From Iphione sp. A-MEVVRFRX5 (Eukaryota), in NCBI GenBank assembly GCA_976226885.1, contig OZ320318.1:1674001-1738000 (forward strand): 64,000 bases of DNA, given 5' to 3'. The position numbers were made by a program, and so were the translations under genes. How positions within the stretch are numbered: position 1 is the first letter of the stretch; every line of letters starts with the position of its first letter. Below are positions 45,901-59,200 of the stretch, piece after piece. Under the pieces are notes generated by a model that saw only the letters and a list, made by a program, of their open reading frames with translations, was not told the origin of the DNA and searched no databases.

Positions 45901-48900
45901 GACGCTCTCACAAATTAGCTGTCCTGATTAGAGACGTCCTCTTACTATGCTTAACTATAGGAAATGAATCGGTTCTTTTTCAAATCGTCCGCATTTGAGA
46001 CGCGTCCGCATCCCAGACGTGTCCGTCAGGAGACGTCGCACTGTACATGTACTTTCTATGTACATGTAGGTTTCGTGTCTCTCCACTCCTCCACCGCAGA
46101 GGAATGAATAGTGATAAAAACAGATGATTCTGACTTCATTAGGAATGAACGATTTAGTGATAAATAGATGATCTTCATTATGAATGAATAGTGATATATA
46201 GATGATTCTCACTTTATTATGAATGATTTAGTGATGAATAGATGATCTTCATTATGAATGAATAGTGATAAATAGATGATCCTCACTTCATTATGAATGA
46301 ATGATTTAGTGATAAATAGATGATCTTCATTATGAATGAATAGTGATAAATAGATGATCCTCACTTTATTATGAATGAATGAACAGTGATAAATAGATGA
46401 TCTTCATTATGAATGAATAGTGATAAGAATAGATGATCCTCACTTCATTATGAATGAATGAACAGTGATAAATAGATGATCTTCATTATGAATGAATGAA
46501 TAGTGATAAATAGATGATTCTCACCTCATTATGAATGAATGAACAGTGATAAATAGATGATCCTCACTTTATTATGACTGAATGAATGAATAGTGATAAA
46601 AATAGGTGATCTTCACTTCATTATGAATGAATGATTTAGTGATAAATAGATAATCTTCATTATGAATGAATAGTGATAAATAGATGATTCTCACCTCATT
46701 ATGAATGACGATGACCATCCATCTCTGGTTTAATTGTGAAGCTCAACTGTGCCACATTATAAATAGACAGTATACTTCTGTAAGGGAGAACTAGTTACAC
46801 TACTATAAGGAGACCAACCACAAGAAATTTATGAACGAAGTTTCTTGAAGATGTTCACTGTAAACAAGTCTAATATTCTGACTAATATAACACCATCAAT
46901 ACCGGGGTGATTTAAACAGCTGAAGCTGCCCATGTAATTATCAGTCATTCTGCCAATGGGGCTGGAATAACTCAATCTGTTTGGGCTACGTGCATGCGAT
47001 ACTGACAGGCGTTTAAAAACAAATCGGGCTTAATCGGGAATTTTCTCAGACCTCTTTTTCAGGTAATGCTAGAATCTTTTCCCCAGGTACAACTACGTCT
47101 GTGCTTGTATTCTACTCTTTAAAAAAACAGGCTGCTTGGCTGAATTAGTCCAAGACAACGTGAGAAGTTCCGGTTAGATGAATAAGTCTGTTACTCTCAG
47201 GTAAACTTTTCAGGAGGTGCTCTCATTTGTTTTTTTTTCAATGACAAGCCCATTTTCATTCGATCTCAGTGCAGGTGTTTGAAGTTTAGAACTGGTTTTA
47301 CTGGAGATGTGTGTGAAGTTTAGAACTGGCTTTACTACAGGTGTTTGAAGTTTAGAACTGGTTTCACTAGAGGCATGTGTAAAGTTTGGAATTGGTTTCA
47401 CTAGATGTGTGTGAAGTTTAGAGCTGGTTTCACTAGAGGCATGTGTGAAGTTTAGAACTGGTTTCGCTAGAGGCATGTGAAGTTTAGAACTGGTTTCACT
47501 AGAGGCGTGTGTGAAGTTTAGAATTGGTTTCACTAGATGTGTTAAGGTTAGAACTGGTTTCACTAGAGGTATGTGTAAAGTTTAGAACTGGTTTCACTAG
47601 AGGCATGTGTAAAGTTTAGAACTGGTTTCACTGGAGACATGTGAAGTTTAGAACTGGTTTCATTAGAGGCGTGTGTGAAGTTTAGAATTGGTTTCACTAG
47701 ATGTGTGTTAATGTTAGAACTGGTTTCACTAGAGGTATGTGTAAAGTTTAGAACTGGTTTCACTAGAGGCATGTGTGAAGTTTGGAAGTGGTTTCACTAG
47801 AGCTGCTGTGGTAGGAACACATGCAGCCATAGCTCTCTTCAACTTCCTGAATGTGCTCCTGGTCAAGCATTACACGTTCCTACAGATCAGCACAAAGTTG
47901 ACAAACTGTCGACCGACTGTGTGTAAGCAACTTCGACTTGGTCTCGTGTTATTTATGCTTTGTTTTCTCTATTTCTTCTACATTAGCTTAAATGACCTGT
48001 AGGGAATCTTGAAGGGAAGTTAGTAACTCCGNNNNNNNNNNNNNNNNNNNNNNNNNNNNNNNNNNNNNNNNNNNNNNNNNNNNNNNNNNNNNNNNNNNNN
48101 NNNNNNNNNNNNNNNNNNNNNNNNNNNNNNNNNNNNNNNNNNNNNNNNNNNNNNNNNNNNNNNNNNNNNNNNNNNNNNNNNNNNNNNNNNNNNNNNNNNN
48201 NNNNNNNNNNNNNNNNNNNNNNNNNNNNNNNNNNNNNNNNNNNNNNNNNNNNNNNNNNNNNNNNNNNNNNNGAGGTAAAAAGAAACTGAGTCATTTCTAG
48301 ACTGTTCTGTAATGATCGACAGGGAAAAATGAACACGACTCATGTAATCATGTATTCTCTTCCCTGTGTCACCAAAAAACGTTCTTTAGACGTCATTCTT
48401 TCATACAGTTTTTAGGAACCTGCCGAGTCTGTAGAGACTTTGATTCTTCTTTCAGACACATCCACCGACACTGAGGACACCCTCACCACTAGACCATTCG
48501 CTGGCCTGTCTGCCGCCCAGCTACAGCGAAAACTTCATCTTTTCTGACATTACAATACACAGTCAACCAATAAATACACATAATCTGGTGACATAGTCGG
48601 TAGAAATACGCAACAAGTTGCATCGTAACTACTTTACCTATCTGCTGAGTCCTTCACTGACTAAAGCCATTACAAACTTAACCTACACCAACATGATATC
48701 TTCTAGAGACTCAAATAACCATCTTCTCCATTCACACTCGGAATCCCACCCCTCCAAACCTTCTCTAATTCAATCATGGTGGTTGAAAAAAAGTTAAATT
48801 TGTTTTTTTCTGGATGAAACACTTGTAATTTTCGGCTAATACTTGTCCCACCAGAACAAATCTTCCTGACTTCTCAACCACATGGAAATCCAAACAAACC

Positions 48901-51900
48901 ATTTCAACTCTATCCCTGTACCATATTACAAATAACACTCCATTATTAACGAATCCGAGGGTTTAAGCTCCTATTAACTAATACATTCATGGAGACCTCT
49001 GTGCACGTTAAGTGACGTAACACAGAAGAGCCTCCACTACACATAGTGAGTACTACCAGCCAGGAAACCTACACCTGCTAACGTCACCTACACTCTATCC
49101 AGAGTGGGACAGTCCAACAGCAGCATTCCTAGAGTACTCCCCTATACAGAGGTGGAGGACTTCTAAATGCAAAACCACAAGAGGCTCCACTACACGTAAT
49201 GGGTATTCCTTGTGGTTCTTATGGTCCCAGTTAGGGAACCTGCACCTGCCAATGTCACCTTCACTCTAACCAACATAAATCTAACAGAAACGTATAGACA
49301 AGTTCCAGAGAACACTAGATCAGCCTAAATACATGCATCACAGCACGCCTGTACCATCCATGCTGGAAACTGATGCTATCTGGAGAGGATGACTCAACCA
49401 TCGTGTGGCAGAGTAGTAAATAAGTGCAATAGCATGATTTATTTTACTTAATAACAAAATTATAGAATATATTTTCTTAATTGGTCCTCGTTGATCCAAG
49501 TCACCCACTCTCCGTAGCTTCCTGCTGCTAGGCTGTCGTTAACATGAGTGATTTCTCTCGGACAAAAAAAGTTTCATGGACGAACGACAATAGCATAAAT
49601 GCATGTACATGTATTGTCACATCTGGTGCCACAAGACAGGGAATGTCTACGCCGGGTTTAAAAGCTCTCGGCCTTCTAGTCTGAAGGAGGTTAGTAAAGC
49701 CCACATGATTATAATGAATACATTAAGAGAGAAGCAGAGAGGGAAGCATGTAGAGAGAGATGGGTTCCAAAGGGCCCCCGAAAACTCGGAACCAACCAGT
49801 AAAAATATTTCCACACAGTAGCACCCTAGGGCTGGGGCACCGAACGAGCTCACATCACACGTTTGCTGACAACACGATTGGATATAGAGGTAGAGTAGGG
49901 TCTAACTCTGCCTTGCAGACAGAGCGCACAGTGGATATGTCCAGGAAGTGTGCACATGAGGCTCAGAGGCCAATTGTCTCACATAATAACAGATAACAAT
50001 CTGGACAGGGGCGCCCTGTGGACAGTTTCATCCCGAAATGTGATATTTTACTGTCCATGTAAATTTATATGTTTTAAGATGTACAGCAACTCTCCCCCCC
50101 CCCCGCCTGCTTGGTAACATTATGTCACAATGAAATGTCGCTTGTATAGGTTCAATCAGTCTAAATAGGACTCTACACACTCTGGTGAAGGTGAGGAAAA
50201 GCTGGAGATCAGCAGACTGGACAGGATCAGTCCTTGATAACGAGCCTCCTCGGCCGTCTCAGTAACAGCTCACCGATGTAGACTGTTCTCTCCCTCCCCC
50301 CCGCGCTTCCCCCAAGGAGAAAAACCCAAGTCGCTTTGATTTGAGACAGTTAGCGCATACTTACTCATACCTGTAACTACCTGAATCCCACCCCCCCCTT
50401 CGAGTGCAGTTAAGTTTCACTGATCTTGAATAATTTCATGACTTTATATGACATACTGCTTTAGCTACTAGATACATTAAACCATCACATAATAATCTAT
50501 AATCTGATACTCTACGGACGGGTTCTGTCATCTGAATAACTTCGCAACAGAAGACTTGACTGATATGCAACTGGTACGTTCCCAGCAGGTCTGCCCTCTA
50601 CTTTTAAGTCCAATCACAAGACTGTGAAGCTTGTCCCTTTTTTTTTTTTTTTTTCTTGACTTCTTGGATGCCATTACAGGGTAGTGCCTGCTTCTGATAG
50701 CTGCTCCTCGTTTTAGTTAGTTGAAGCTTGTCCCTTGTTCCTCACGTTTGAGACGGTCCAGTTTAAGGATTACCATCAATGCTGACTGCTGCAAGTTGGC
50801 TGTTCACTGCCACTTCAGCTCTATGTATGTTATCAACAGTTGGGTTCAGCTAGTGCATCATATGTGAGCAACAGCCTAAAGATGCTAAAATAGTCTATTC
50901 AAAAACTGAATGAACTGTTATTTCTGGACCGGAGGCGGGGGGTCGATTAGATTTTTTTTAATAATTGACTTTCTTTAATGTTCTTATTACCCAATCACCA
51001 ACGACTGACAGAGACAGGTACTGATCAAGTGACAGCAATATCCTCACCTGTCATAATCAATAAAAGGGTGAATAAATTACTGCTGTCAATGAATGATTCC
51101 GCAAAATTCTCAAGAACATAAAAAAAACTGGTACACTCGATTCTTGTCCGGAGCGTTAGTACAACCACAGGCATCAATGCTGCCCCCTTGGATAGCATCC
51201 AAGAATAATGGTGGTTAACCTTCCCAGCACAGACTGCTTCTCTGTTATACTTAGATATATATATACGTGTATATGTAAATATGTGTATATATATATATAT
51301 ATATTCCTGACTGAACTTTGACATCCAAGGATACGGTCACTATGAGGAAGCAGAATGACCTGTACTCTACTGCTGCTGAACAAGCTACACAGACCCACAT
51401 GAACTGTTCTCCCTTATCACTACCTTAAGGGAGCACATTGCACAGCCAATCCTTACCTTTAACCCGTGGGGAAAGCGGTTCTCATGCTGATCATTTGTTC
51501 GACGGAACTGACAAGAGGACCAGGGAGACTTGGGGGGAAGGGGGGGGGGCTAATTTTCTCGGGCAAGATAAAGAATGAAGTCTTTGAAAAGGAAAAATTA
51601 ACTACGACATCATGCCCTTTCTGAAAGAATTTTTTCTGAAAAATTCTTTCCGAAAGAAAACTTGACGTTCATGTGTATCTCCTGATGAAACACGAGCAAC
51701 TTATGATGAAACAACCTCTAACGTTTTCCTGTGCACCATCATGGGTACATGAACGACTTTATATCACTACCGTTCCTGAAACTAGTGAAACACCATAGGC
51801 ATTATACCATAATTCAATGACATTATTTTACACTCATATTGCCTAATAATAATTTCGCAGCGTTTTCTTTAATGGTATACCCAAATAATACCACCTTAGA

Positions 51901-53011
51901 AAAGGGTCTGCTCCACATGAGTTCTCTAATGAGGCAACTTTAACACATATATGGGTATACCGGAAGTAAATGTATCACTTTATTACAGTAGTAACTCAGA
52001 ATTAAGGCCACCAATGGGACCAGACAAAGTTGCCCTTAACTGTAAGCTGCCCTACTACCTGAATTAATCATATCATAGAAAATAAACCCTGGGGACTTAC
52101 TAAACATACCCTTATTCCTGAGTTGCCCTCCTAGTCAGAGCTGGGCAAACTGTCACATTTCACAAAAAAAGTGTGACACAGACAGTAAAGAATGCGACAA
52201 TTCTATCTTGTGGTTCAGCATTGAACTAATTGTATTAATGCGACAACTTTTCTTGGGTGCCCAGCTCTGCTAGTTCGGTCGCCCACAAGGTGAGTAATTT
52301 AACACTGCTGTGGAAAAGTTCTTTATAAGAAGCACATCATTTTAGTATTAATTATCATTATTTCTAATGAATTACTGATAATTAAATCATTTCCCACGCA
52401 AAGAGGACCTGTAGATATCCCTTCCATTGAAGTAATTACTGGAAGGAAATACCAGTAGAAAGCGGTCCCATCCCAGAGAGTTTGTGGAAATAGCTACATT
52501 TGTTATAAGGAGGCTCCGTTATCAGAGGCTTCGTTGAGAGACGTATACATGTATGTGTGTACGTCCCTGTGCAGTACATGTATGGAGACGTCACTCAAAC
52601 TCGAGGCCAATCCCTAGGCTACACAGTACGTGGTTCTCCACCAAGTGGTATAAAAATGGAGACAGGCTCACTGTAGGACAGCGTAGATAGCTGATTCCCT
52701 AGTTTCGGCTAGATCTCAGCGCTGTACACAGGAACTGCTGATGACAGGTTTAAATTCTTGCTCGACCCGGAATTTGTTGGTCACGTAGTAACCAAAGACT
52801 TGAAAGAGCCCTGAACGGCAGACGGGGTGACATTTCACGATGACAAATCGCTCCTTTAGAGGGTTTTAATTTAGAAAGCACGAAAGAGAATGACCTCAGA
52901 GATATGTTAATGATTTAGATGCTAACTCACCGGTAGTTTTGGATCAATAAGAACTGAGCATTGGTGACAGAAGAACCTGTTCTGACTACTCTCGACTGCT
53001 GCCTCGGCCAT
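36666..53011 (-). CDS. RNF126: RNF115/RNF126-family RING-H2 E3 ubiquitin ligase (343 aa, 9 exons)
   Basis: complement(join(36666..36935,37388..37503,37834..37927,38871..38949,39582..39650,40365..40567,40862..40931,41433..41482,52931..53011)), 1032 nt. N-terminal [23 protein letters not shown] zinc finger, [31 protein letters not shown]2. Cannot separate RNF115 from RNF126 orthology. Confidence 0.93.
37239..37354 (-). pseudogene. Degenerate tandem copy of the RING exon
   Basis: Same length (116 nt) and splice sites as exon 8, 149-bp period, two in-frame stops and a Cys>Phe change. Confidence 0.9.
37388..37503 (-). CDS. RNF115/126-like exon 8 (RING-H2 core)
   Basis: [20 protein letters not shown]; tcacag| ... 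|gtaggc. Confidence 0.93.
37834..37927 (-). CDS. RNF115/126-like exon 7 ([16 protein letters not shown]...)
   Basis: ccacag| ... |gtatgt. Confidence 0.92.
38270..38965 (-). repeat. 117-bp tandem array (6 copies) of RNF exon 6 with its splice sites
   Basis: Exon 3' ends at 38286, 38403, 38520, 38637, 38754, 38871. Confidence 0.95.
38871..38949 (-). CDS. RNF115/126-like exon 6 ([26 protein letters not shown])
   Basis: tttcag| ... |gtgaga; the only array copy that keeps both the frame and the DYAWG motif. Confidence 0.85.
39582..39650 (-). CDS. RNF115/126-like exon 5 ([12 protein letters not shown]...)
   Basis: ttccag| ... |gtaagt. Confidence 0.88.
40085..40310. repeat. Pyrimidine-rich tandem repeat, ~4 copies of ~55 bp
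   Basis: TTTATTAGA(T/A)CTGTGTAAATCTGGCCTCTCCCCC recurs. Confidence 0.85.
40365..40567 (-). CDS. RNF115/126-like exon 4 (IWGHTFLD...QAIE)
   Basis: gttcag| ... |gtaagc. Confidence 0.87.
40862..40931 (-). CDS. RNF115/126-like exon 3 (REPEEQ...ERFAE)
   Basis: aatag| (NAGNAG) ... |gtagga. Confidence 0.82.
41433..41482 (-). CDS. RNF115/126-like exon 2 ([16 protein letters not shown])
   Basis: tttcag| ... |gtaagt. Confidence 0.92.
41598..41831. other. Assembly gap (N run)
   Basis: Ns. Confidence 1.
42803..43314. repeat. 34-bp minisatellite, ~15 copies
   Basis: Consensus GACAGGTAAGATACCCAGTGACCCCTCACCTGCG. Confidence 0.95.
43930..44405. repeat. 33-bp minisatellite
   Basis: Consensus CTGTACTGGCTCCATCTGGGACTCAGGCAGAGC. 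Confidence 0.9.
45402..46043. mobile_element. Tc1/mariner (pogo/Tigger-like) MITE with an internal ~33-bp repeat
   Basis: TA|CAGT...ACTG|TA; imperfect TIR sharing CAGT..ACGTC..CGGACAC. Confidence 0.6.
46105..46710. repeat. AT-rich compound minisatellite
   Basis: TGAATGAATAGTGATAAATAGATGATCTTCATTA variants. Confidence 0.9.
47270..47790. repeat. ~32-34-bp minisatellite
   Basis: GAAGTTTAGAACTGGTTTCACTAGAGGCATGTGT. Confidence 0.9.
48032..48271. other. Assembly gap (N run)
   Basis: Ns. Confidence 1.
52931..53011 (-). CDS. RNF115/126-like exon 1 ([27 protein letters not shown])
   Basis: ATG at 53011; donor gtgagt. Confidence 0.9.
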
Positions 53012-53161
53012 CTTGCCTTCCTTGAAAACGTCCACTCTCGCAATTTCACGCCCGGGGCGAGACCGGAGTGTTGTGGTTTCTTGAACGACGTCGGGGAGGT
53101 CGCACCTTTTACATTTTAAGTCGTCATTGCATCATTCTTTACTCCCGCCACTAACCACATC
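53012..53161. promoter_or_regulatory. Bidirectional promoter / 5' UTR region shared by the RNF115/126-like and ARL15-like genes
   Basis: 150 bp between divergent ATGs; CpG-rich relative to the flanks. Confidence 0.7.
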
Positions 53162-53224
53162 ATGTCTGGGATTTGTGAGAATCTGCAACTTCTCTGTGCT
53201 GTCTGCAAGATCGGAGCATACTCG
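53162..53224 (+). CDS. ARL15-like exon 1 (MSGICENLQLLCAVCKIGAYS)
   Basis: ATG at 53162; donor gtaaaa; phase 0 matches exon 2. Confidence 0.72.
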
Positions 53225-56200
53225 GTAAAATTAGTAATGCTTGAATGACTTGTCACGGCATGTCTTCTCACGAGACCACTTCTCATTAGCTACCTGTTTA
53301 GTTCCACATTCAAGTCACGCTATAATTCTCCATAATCCATATCCTTAGTAGAATGCACCAGAGACCTGACACTTTTGAAACAAGAATATCATTTTCCTGA
53401 TTACTCTTGATCTTACGTGTACTGCATGCACTTTTTAAGTCCAGAGTGGTGCGGGATATGAGCGATAATAAGGGGAAAAGTGGATGTAAACAAATGCACT
53501 AAGGTCGATTCTTAGACAAAATGTCACCCTAGTCAAAATGCCACTTCTTTTTTTTATGTCAAAATGACACCCTACTTTAGTACTAAGTGCAAGCATGTTA
53601 TTTTGTAGGATTAAGTAGAGAGAACACTTTTCTAAACTTAAATTCTATAGACAACTATATTATCCATTCTTGACTTATCTGTGCTTTTGTAAGTTTCACT
53701 GATTTTCACATGTGTACAACAGGTTTATACCTAGTTCAAAGAGAAGAGGTGTCATAGTGATGATAGTTGAGTATATTTTGCTAGTCAGTGGGTTTATACC
53801 ACTAATCAGCAAGGTTACACCCTAATAGTAATTATCACCAAATCGGAGACTTTTTCAGTATTTAAACTCCTTTTTATCTTGTGCTATGTGGAAGGTGTAT
53901 TTTAGATGTAGAGCTACAAAGGGAGGGTGTCTTAATTTTTTTCCAACAAAATATTATGAACATCAAGTGTAATTAATCTGTAGATAAACTAGAAGAAAAG
54001 CAAGAAAATATAGGGTGACATTTTACCTTTCCAGTTAGGGTGGCATTTTGACTTGGGTGACATTTTGACCTGTCCCCATCAGGATTACCTGCATGTCTTT
54101 CATGTTTACTGTAAAATATATGTCATGGCAGAAAGTAAAGGGTTAAGGGCTACATGCTACAGCTGACTTGAATTCTCGGTGAAGCATTATGAGCAATGCC
54201 CTGACCCCCCCCCCCCTCCATATCTAAGGGGCGCAAATGTCTTGTGGTTTTGGCCCGAGGAAGTCATCGGAGTGTTCTCTCTCTTAGTGTGATAGGATTT
54301 AGGGGCGCAAATGAATGGGCGCAAATTGTTGCAGTCGCAGGTGTCCTGTATTCGCACTAAGGCATCGGTTATTGAACACACCGCAGTATATACTTGGTCC
54401 ACATTGCGTATGTGTAAAGGGATTTGTGATTGCATTTGCTACTTTAGTTTCACCATGGAATTTTGTTTCCTTCTTTTTTTCTGGAAACTAGGTAAACCAG
54501 AACCTTAAGACTAGGCATGTTTGGGAATACCAGTATATCACATGGACTAAGATAAACAATGGGGAACGGCTCATTGTATATTTTCATTACGGAAACACTT
54601 TTAGCAGAAGTTTGTGTACATCCAATTTCTTTCAATTTTCTCGGGTACTACGAAGGATAGAATAGAATGGAAACATTTTTGTTCATCCTTCGTGTGACTT
54701 ATGTACTCCCAATGAAGCAAGAACCCTCATACATTTCATTCATGCATATGTTTCAAAATGATTGGCAAAATGTAGGTGATTTCAATATTATTTCTTTTTC
54801 AAACATGTTGACCTATTTTTTTATCCTTTCTTTCCTTCTTAATATCTCACAATATGGGGCATAACCTTAATCAAAGGTCACCTGATCCAAACGTCAACTC
54901 AATTCAAGTATTAACAGGTTTTGGTCCAAACTTTGTCTAGAGTACAATTTAGCAGCTTACCCCTGCCATCTTGAAAAAAAAAAAACACTGGCACGCTGTC
55001 GCTGTACATGAGGTGTAGGGTTAGGGCTAGACTGGCACCCTGTCGCTGTACATGAGGTGTAGGGTTAGGACTAGACTGGCACCCTGTCGCTGTACATGAG
55101 TTGTAGGGTTACGGCTAGACTGGCACGCTGTCCCTGTACATGAGGTGTAGGGTTAGGGCTAGCATTGGTTATAGTTACTATTAGCATATTACAGGAAGAG
55201 TTAGTACTATATATCAAATTCAGTAAATATGTTATATTTCACTGGTCCCTCTACATCTCAAATCACATTGGATAAGACAGATAACATGATTTGAGATAGC
55301 GGGGCAGATCCCTAAGATGTACCCATTCTCAAATTTCAATGCAAATTTCCTATTAAAAGTGCAAGTAGTGCTACATGGCCAGTTGCACCACTGCCTCATT
55401 GGACATGGCACCTGCCTTAGGAGTGGGGAAGTATCACAGTGGGTAATATGTAGCAGTAATAATATGGATAAATCCAGGCCCAAAACTAATTAGGGGATCG
55501 CTGAATGTCAAAGTAATGGGTAGCGCTGACCTATCTTTTACGAAATTGTGACATAATCCAAATTTTAAGTGATCTGATTGGTTGATACCCATGATGATGT
55601 CACAAATAACAAAAAGATCTCAGCAATACCCATTTATTCAACCATCGGTGATAGGTCCATTAGTGATGCTACCATGGACATGTGGCTACCTTTAAATTGG
55701 CTGTCAACTGGGAGAATTTTAATGGATGTTTCGAAAATAGTACCTACCAGTGATGGTAGAGAGATTTGATAAAGTAGTTTTTGCAACATGTATTATGTAT
55801 AGGTTTAATCTAGAAAGGATCTGTTTTCCTTTTCGTGTAATCAGTTTATGCTTGAACCAAAATGTTGATGTCTGCACCAGCTGACATTTAGACTGTAACC
55901 CAAAAATTTCACATAAATTGAAGATATAAAAGAGAAGAAACAGATCATTACAACTTCGTGGCAACAATTCCCCTCAAAGGGAGACCATGAAAACTGCGTA
56001 CTTCGTTGTGCAGATAAGTGTAATGCTGCTGCACGTAACTCATTGCTAACAATAGTTGATGTCACTGGTATGTGATGTGCCTGTAGGTCTTACACCTGTG
56101 TCTTTGTTCTGGCTAACTCTCATGATCACTGGCGTGTGATATGCCCATATATCTTACACGCACATCTTTGTTCTGGCCAGTGATCATATCACTAGCATGT

Positions 56201-59200
56201 GATGTGCCTATATGCCTTTCACCTGAGTGTTTATTCTGGTTGTGATATGATCACTGGCATGTGATATGCCCATATATCTTACACCCGCATCTTTGTTCTG
56301 GCTAGTGGTCATATCACTGGCATGTGATGTGCCCATATGCCTTACACCTGGCTTTGTTCTGGCTAACTGGATGCATATGAAAGGAGATAAGTAATGTTGC
56401 ACTCAAGCTGAACTTCGCCTCCTCCTAACACACATGCTGACTCACTCACCCTCCCTTTCTCACTGTCATGCTTTCTCTCATTCTGTCTCCCTTTCTCTCT
56501 CATCCTCTCCCCCTTCCCTTCCTTATTATAGTTAACAGCTCAGGGGAAGACATTCTCCAGGGGTGGGGGATGGTGGGTGGGGGGTCATGGGGGGGTATGT
56601 GTGGCTCTTACTGCTCACGAGTGTCAAAAGGAAGTACCCTGAGCTGAGACAAACCCCTCCCCCTATAGTCGGCGGCTGCTGGCAGGGACAGGGGCCTCTT
56701 GCCAACCATGAGCGTGGGAAACACATTATGATACATGTGTACACTACAGGGTGTGAGGGGGGAGACTTTCACTGGAAGCTCATAATAGCTTGGAACATGA
56801 ACAAAGGTACCCAGTGATACTAATGATAAGGGTACCCAGTGATAGTAATGATAAGGGCATCCAGTGATACTAATGATAAGTGTACCCAGAGATACTAATG
56901 ACAAGGATAACAAGTGATGCTAACGATTATGGTATCCAGTGATACTAATGATAAGGGTACCCAGTGATAGTAATGGTAAGGGCATCCAGTGATACTAATG
57001 ATAAGTGTACCCAGAGATACTAATGACAAGGATAACAAGTGATGCTAACGATTATGGTATCCAGTGATACTAATGATAAGGGTACCTAGTGATACTAATG
57101 ATAAGGATACCCAGTGATACTAATGATAAGAGTACCCAGAGATACTAATGATAAGGGTACCCAGTGATACTAATGATAAGAGTACCCAGAGATACTAATG
57201 ATAAGGGTACCCAGTGATACTAATAATAAGGGTACCCAGTGATACTAATGATAAGGATATTAAGTGATACTAATTATAAGGGTACCCAGTGCTACTAATG
57301 ATAAGGGTACCCAGTGATACTAATAATAAGGGTACCCAGTGATACTAATGATAAGGATATTAAGTGATACTAATTATAAGGGTACCCAGTGCTACTAATG
57401 ATAAGGATACCCAGTGATACTAATGATAAGAGTACCCAGAGATACTAATGATAAGGGTACCCAGTGATACTAATAATAAGGGTACCCAGTGATACTAATG
57501 ATAAGGATACCAAGTGATACTAATTATAAGGGTACCCAGTGATACTAATAATAAGGGTACCCAGTGAAACTAATGATAAGGGTATCCAGTGATACTAATG
57601 GTAATGTTATCCAGTGATACTAACAATAAGGATACCAAGTGATACTAATTATAAGGGCACCCAGTGATACTAATGATAAGGGTACCCAGTGATACTAATA
57701 ATAAGGGTACCCAGTGAAACTAATGATAAGGGTATCCAGTGATACTAATGGTAATGGTATCCAGTGATACTAATGATAAGGATACCAAGTGATACTAATT
57801 ATAAGGGTACCCAATGATACTGATGATAAGAGTACCCAGAGATACTAATGATCAGGGTACCCAGTGAAACTAATGATAAGGGTACCCAGTGATACTGATG
57901 ATAAGAGATGCCGCTTTTAACAGCTTTGGAGCTGGTTGTGAATATTTTGATATAAAAAAGAAACTCTTTACATTTTTAACAGATGCTAAGGCTGACAGGA
58001 TAACCGTGCTTTAAAACACAAGTTTTATCGAAACTTTCTGATATAACCCCAAACCATATACTTATATAGAGAAACAATCCCTTGTATTCTCTCCTCATCT
58101 TCCTGTTCACTGTATGAGATGAGTCACCTCTAGCATAACGTGTGAATATTTACCCCTCGTCTGTTTTTGGCAGCTGTTTTGCCGGTTATGCTGTAAAGGG
58201 CCGCCGCTGCCGAAGCCGGACTTCCCCGTCGTCTGTCTCGGTCTGGGTGAGTCAGGCAAAACGAGCATCCTCATGGCACTATGTCAGGAGAAGTTAGAGA
58301 ACATCGAACCTACCAGGGGCTTCATCATCAAAGCTGTGCAGCTCAACAACTGCATCTTGAGCATCAAAGAAATCGGAGGTGAGGCCATAGTGTGTGTTAA
58401 ATACCACGGTAATAAACACTACTTCTGAAATTGTAGAGCGTTGGCCAGATAGTCAGGTCAGGTCCAAGTTGTGGTAAAATATTGTTACAGATGTCCATAT
58501 TGTTGAGTACTATTCAGATTTTAGGGCATGTCCACATTGTAGTAAATATTATAACAATCATATTTACTTTATAATAATGCTATCTATAATTCAGGTCATG
58601 TCCACATTGGGATCAAATGTAATAACAGGTCATGTCCACATTGTGATAAAATATAATAACAGGTCATGTCCACATTGTGATGAAATATAATAACAGGTCA
58701 TGTCCACATTGTGATAAAATATAATAACAGGTCATGTCCACATTGTGATGAAATATAATAACAGGTCATGTCCACATTGTGATAAAATATAATTCAGGTC
58801 ATGTCCACATTGTAATAAAATATAATAACATTCCGATGTTTTAGGACAGCCCAAAATTCAGGTCGTGGTCACATGGTGATGAAATATAATAACATTCCGA
58901 TGTTTTAGGACAGCCCAAAATTCAGGTTGTGGTCACATGGTGATGAAATATAATAACATTCCGATGTTTTAGGACAGTCCAAAATTCAGGTCGTGGTCAC
59001 ATGGTGATGAAATATAATAACATTTCGATGTTTTACGACAGTCCATAATTCAGGTCGTGGTCACATGGTGATGAAATATAATAATAACAGTCAGATTTCT
59101 ATACTGTCCAGATTTCAGGTCACATGGCAGTTTTTTCCATGATATAGCATTTGACCGAGTTAATTGATACTGTCAATGACAGAACTTGAAATAAATATGC

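Noticed and set aside
41506-48343. ORFs spanning the N runs
   Set aside because: Artefacts of the assembly gaps.
54987-55162. Interstitial telomeric sequence
   Set aside because: Only an isolated GGGTTAGGG per 44-bp unit, not a (TTAGGG)n run.
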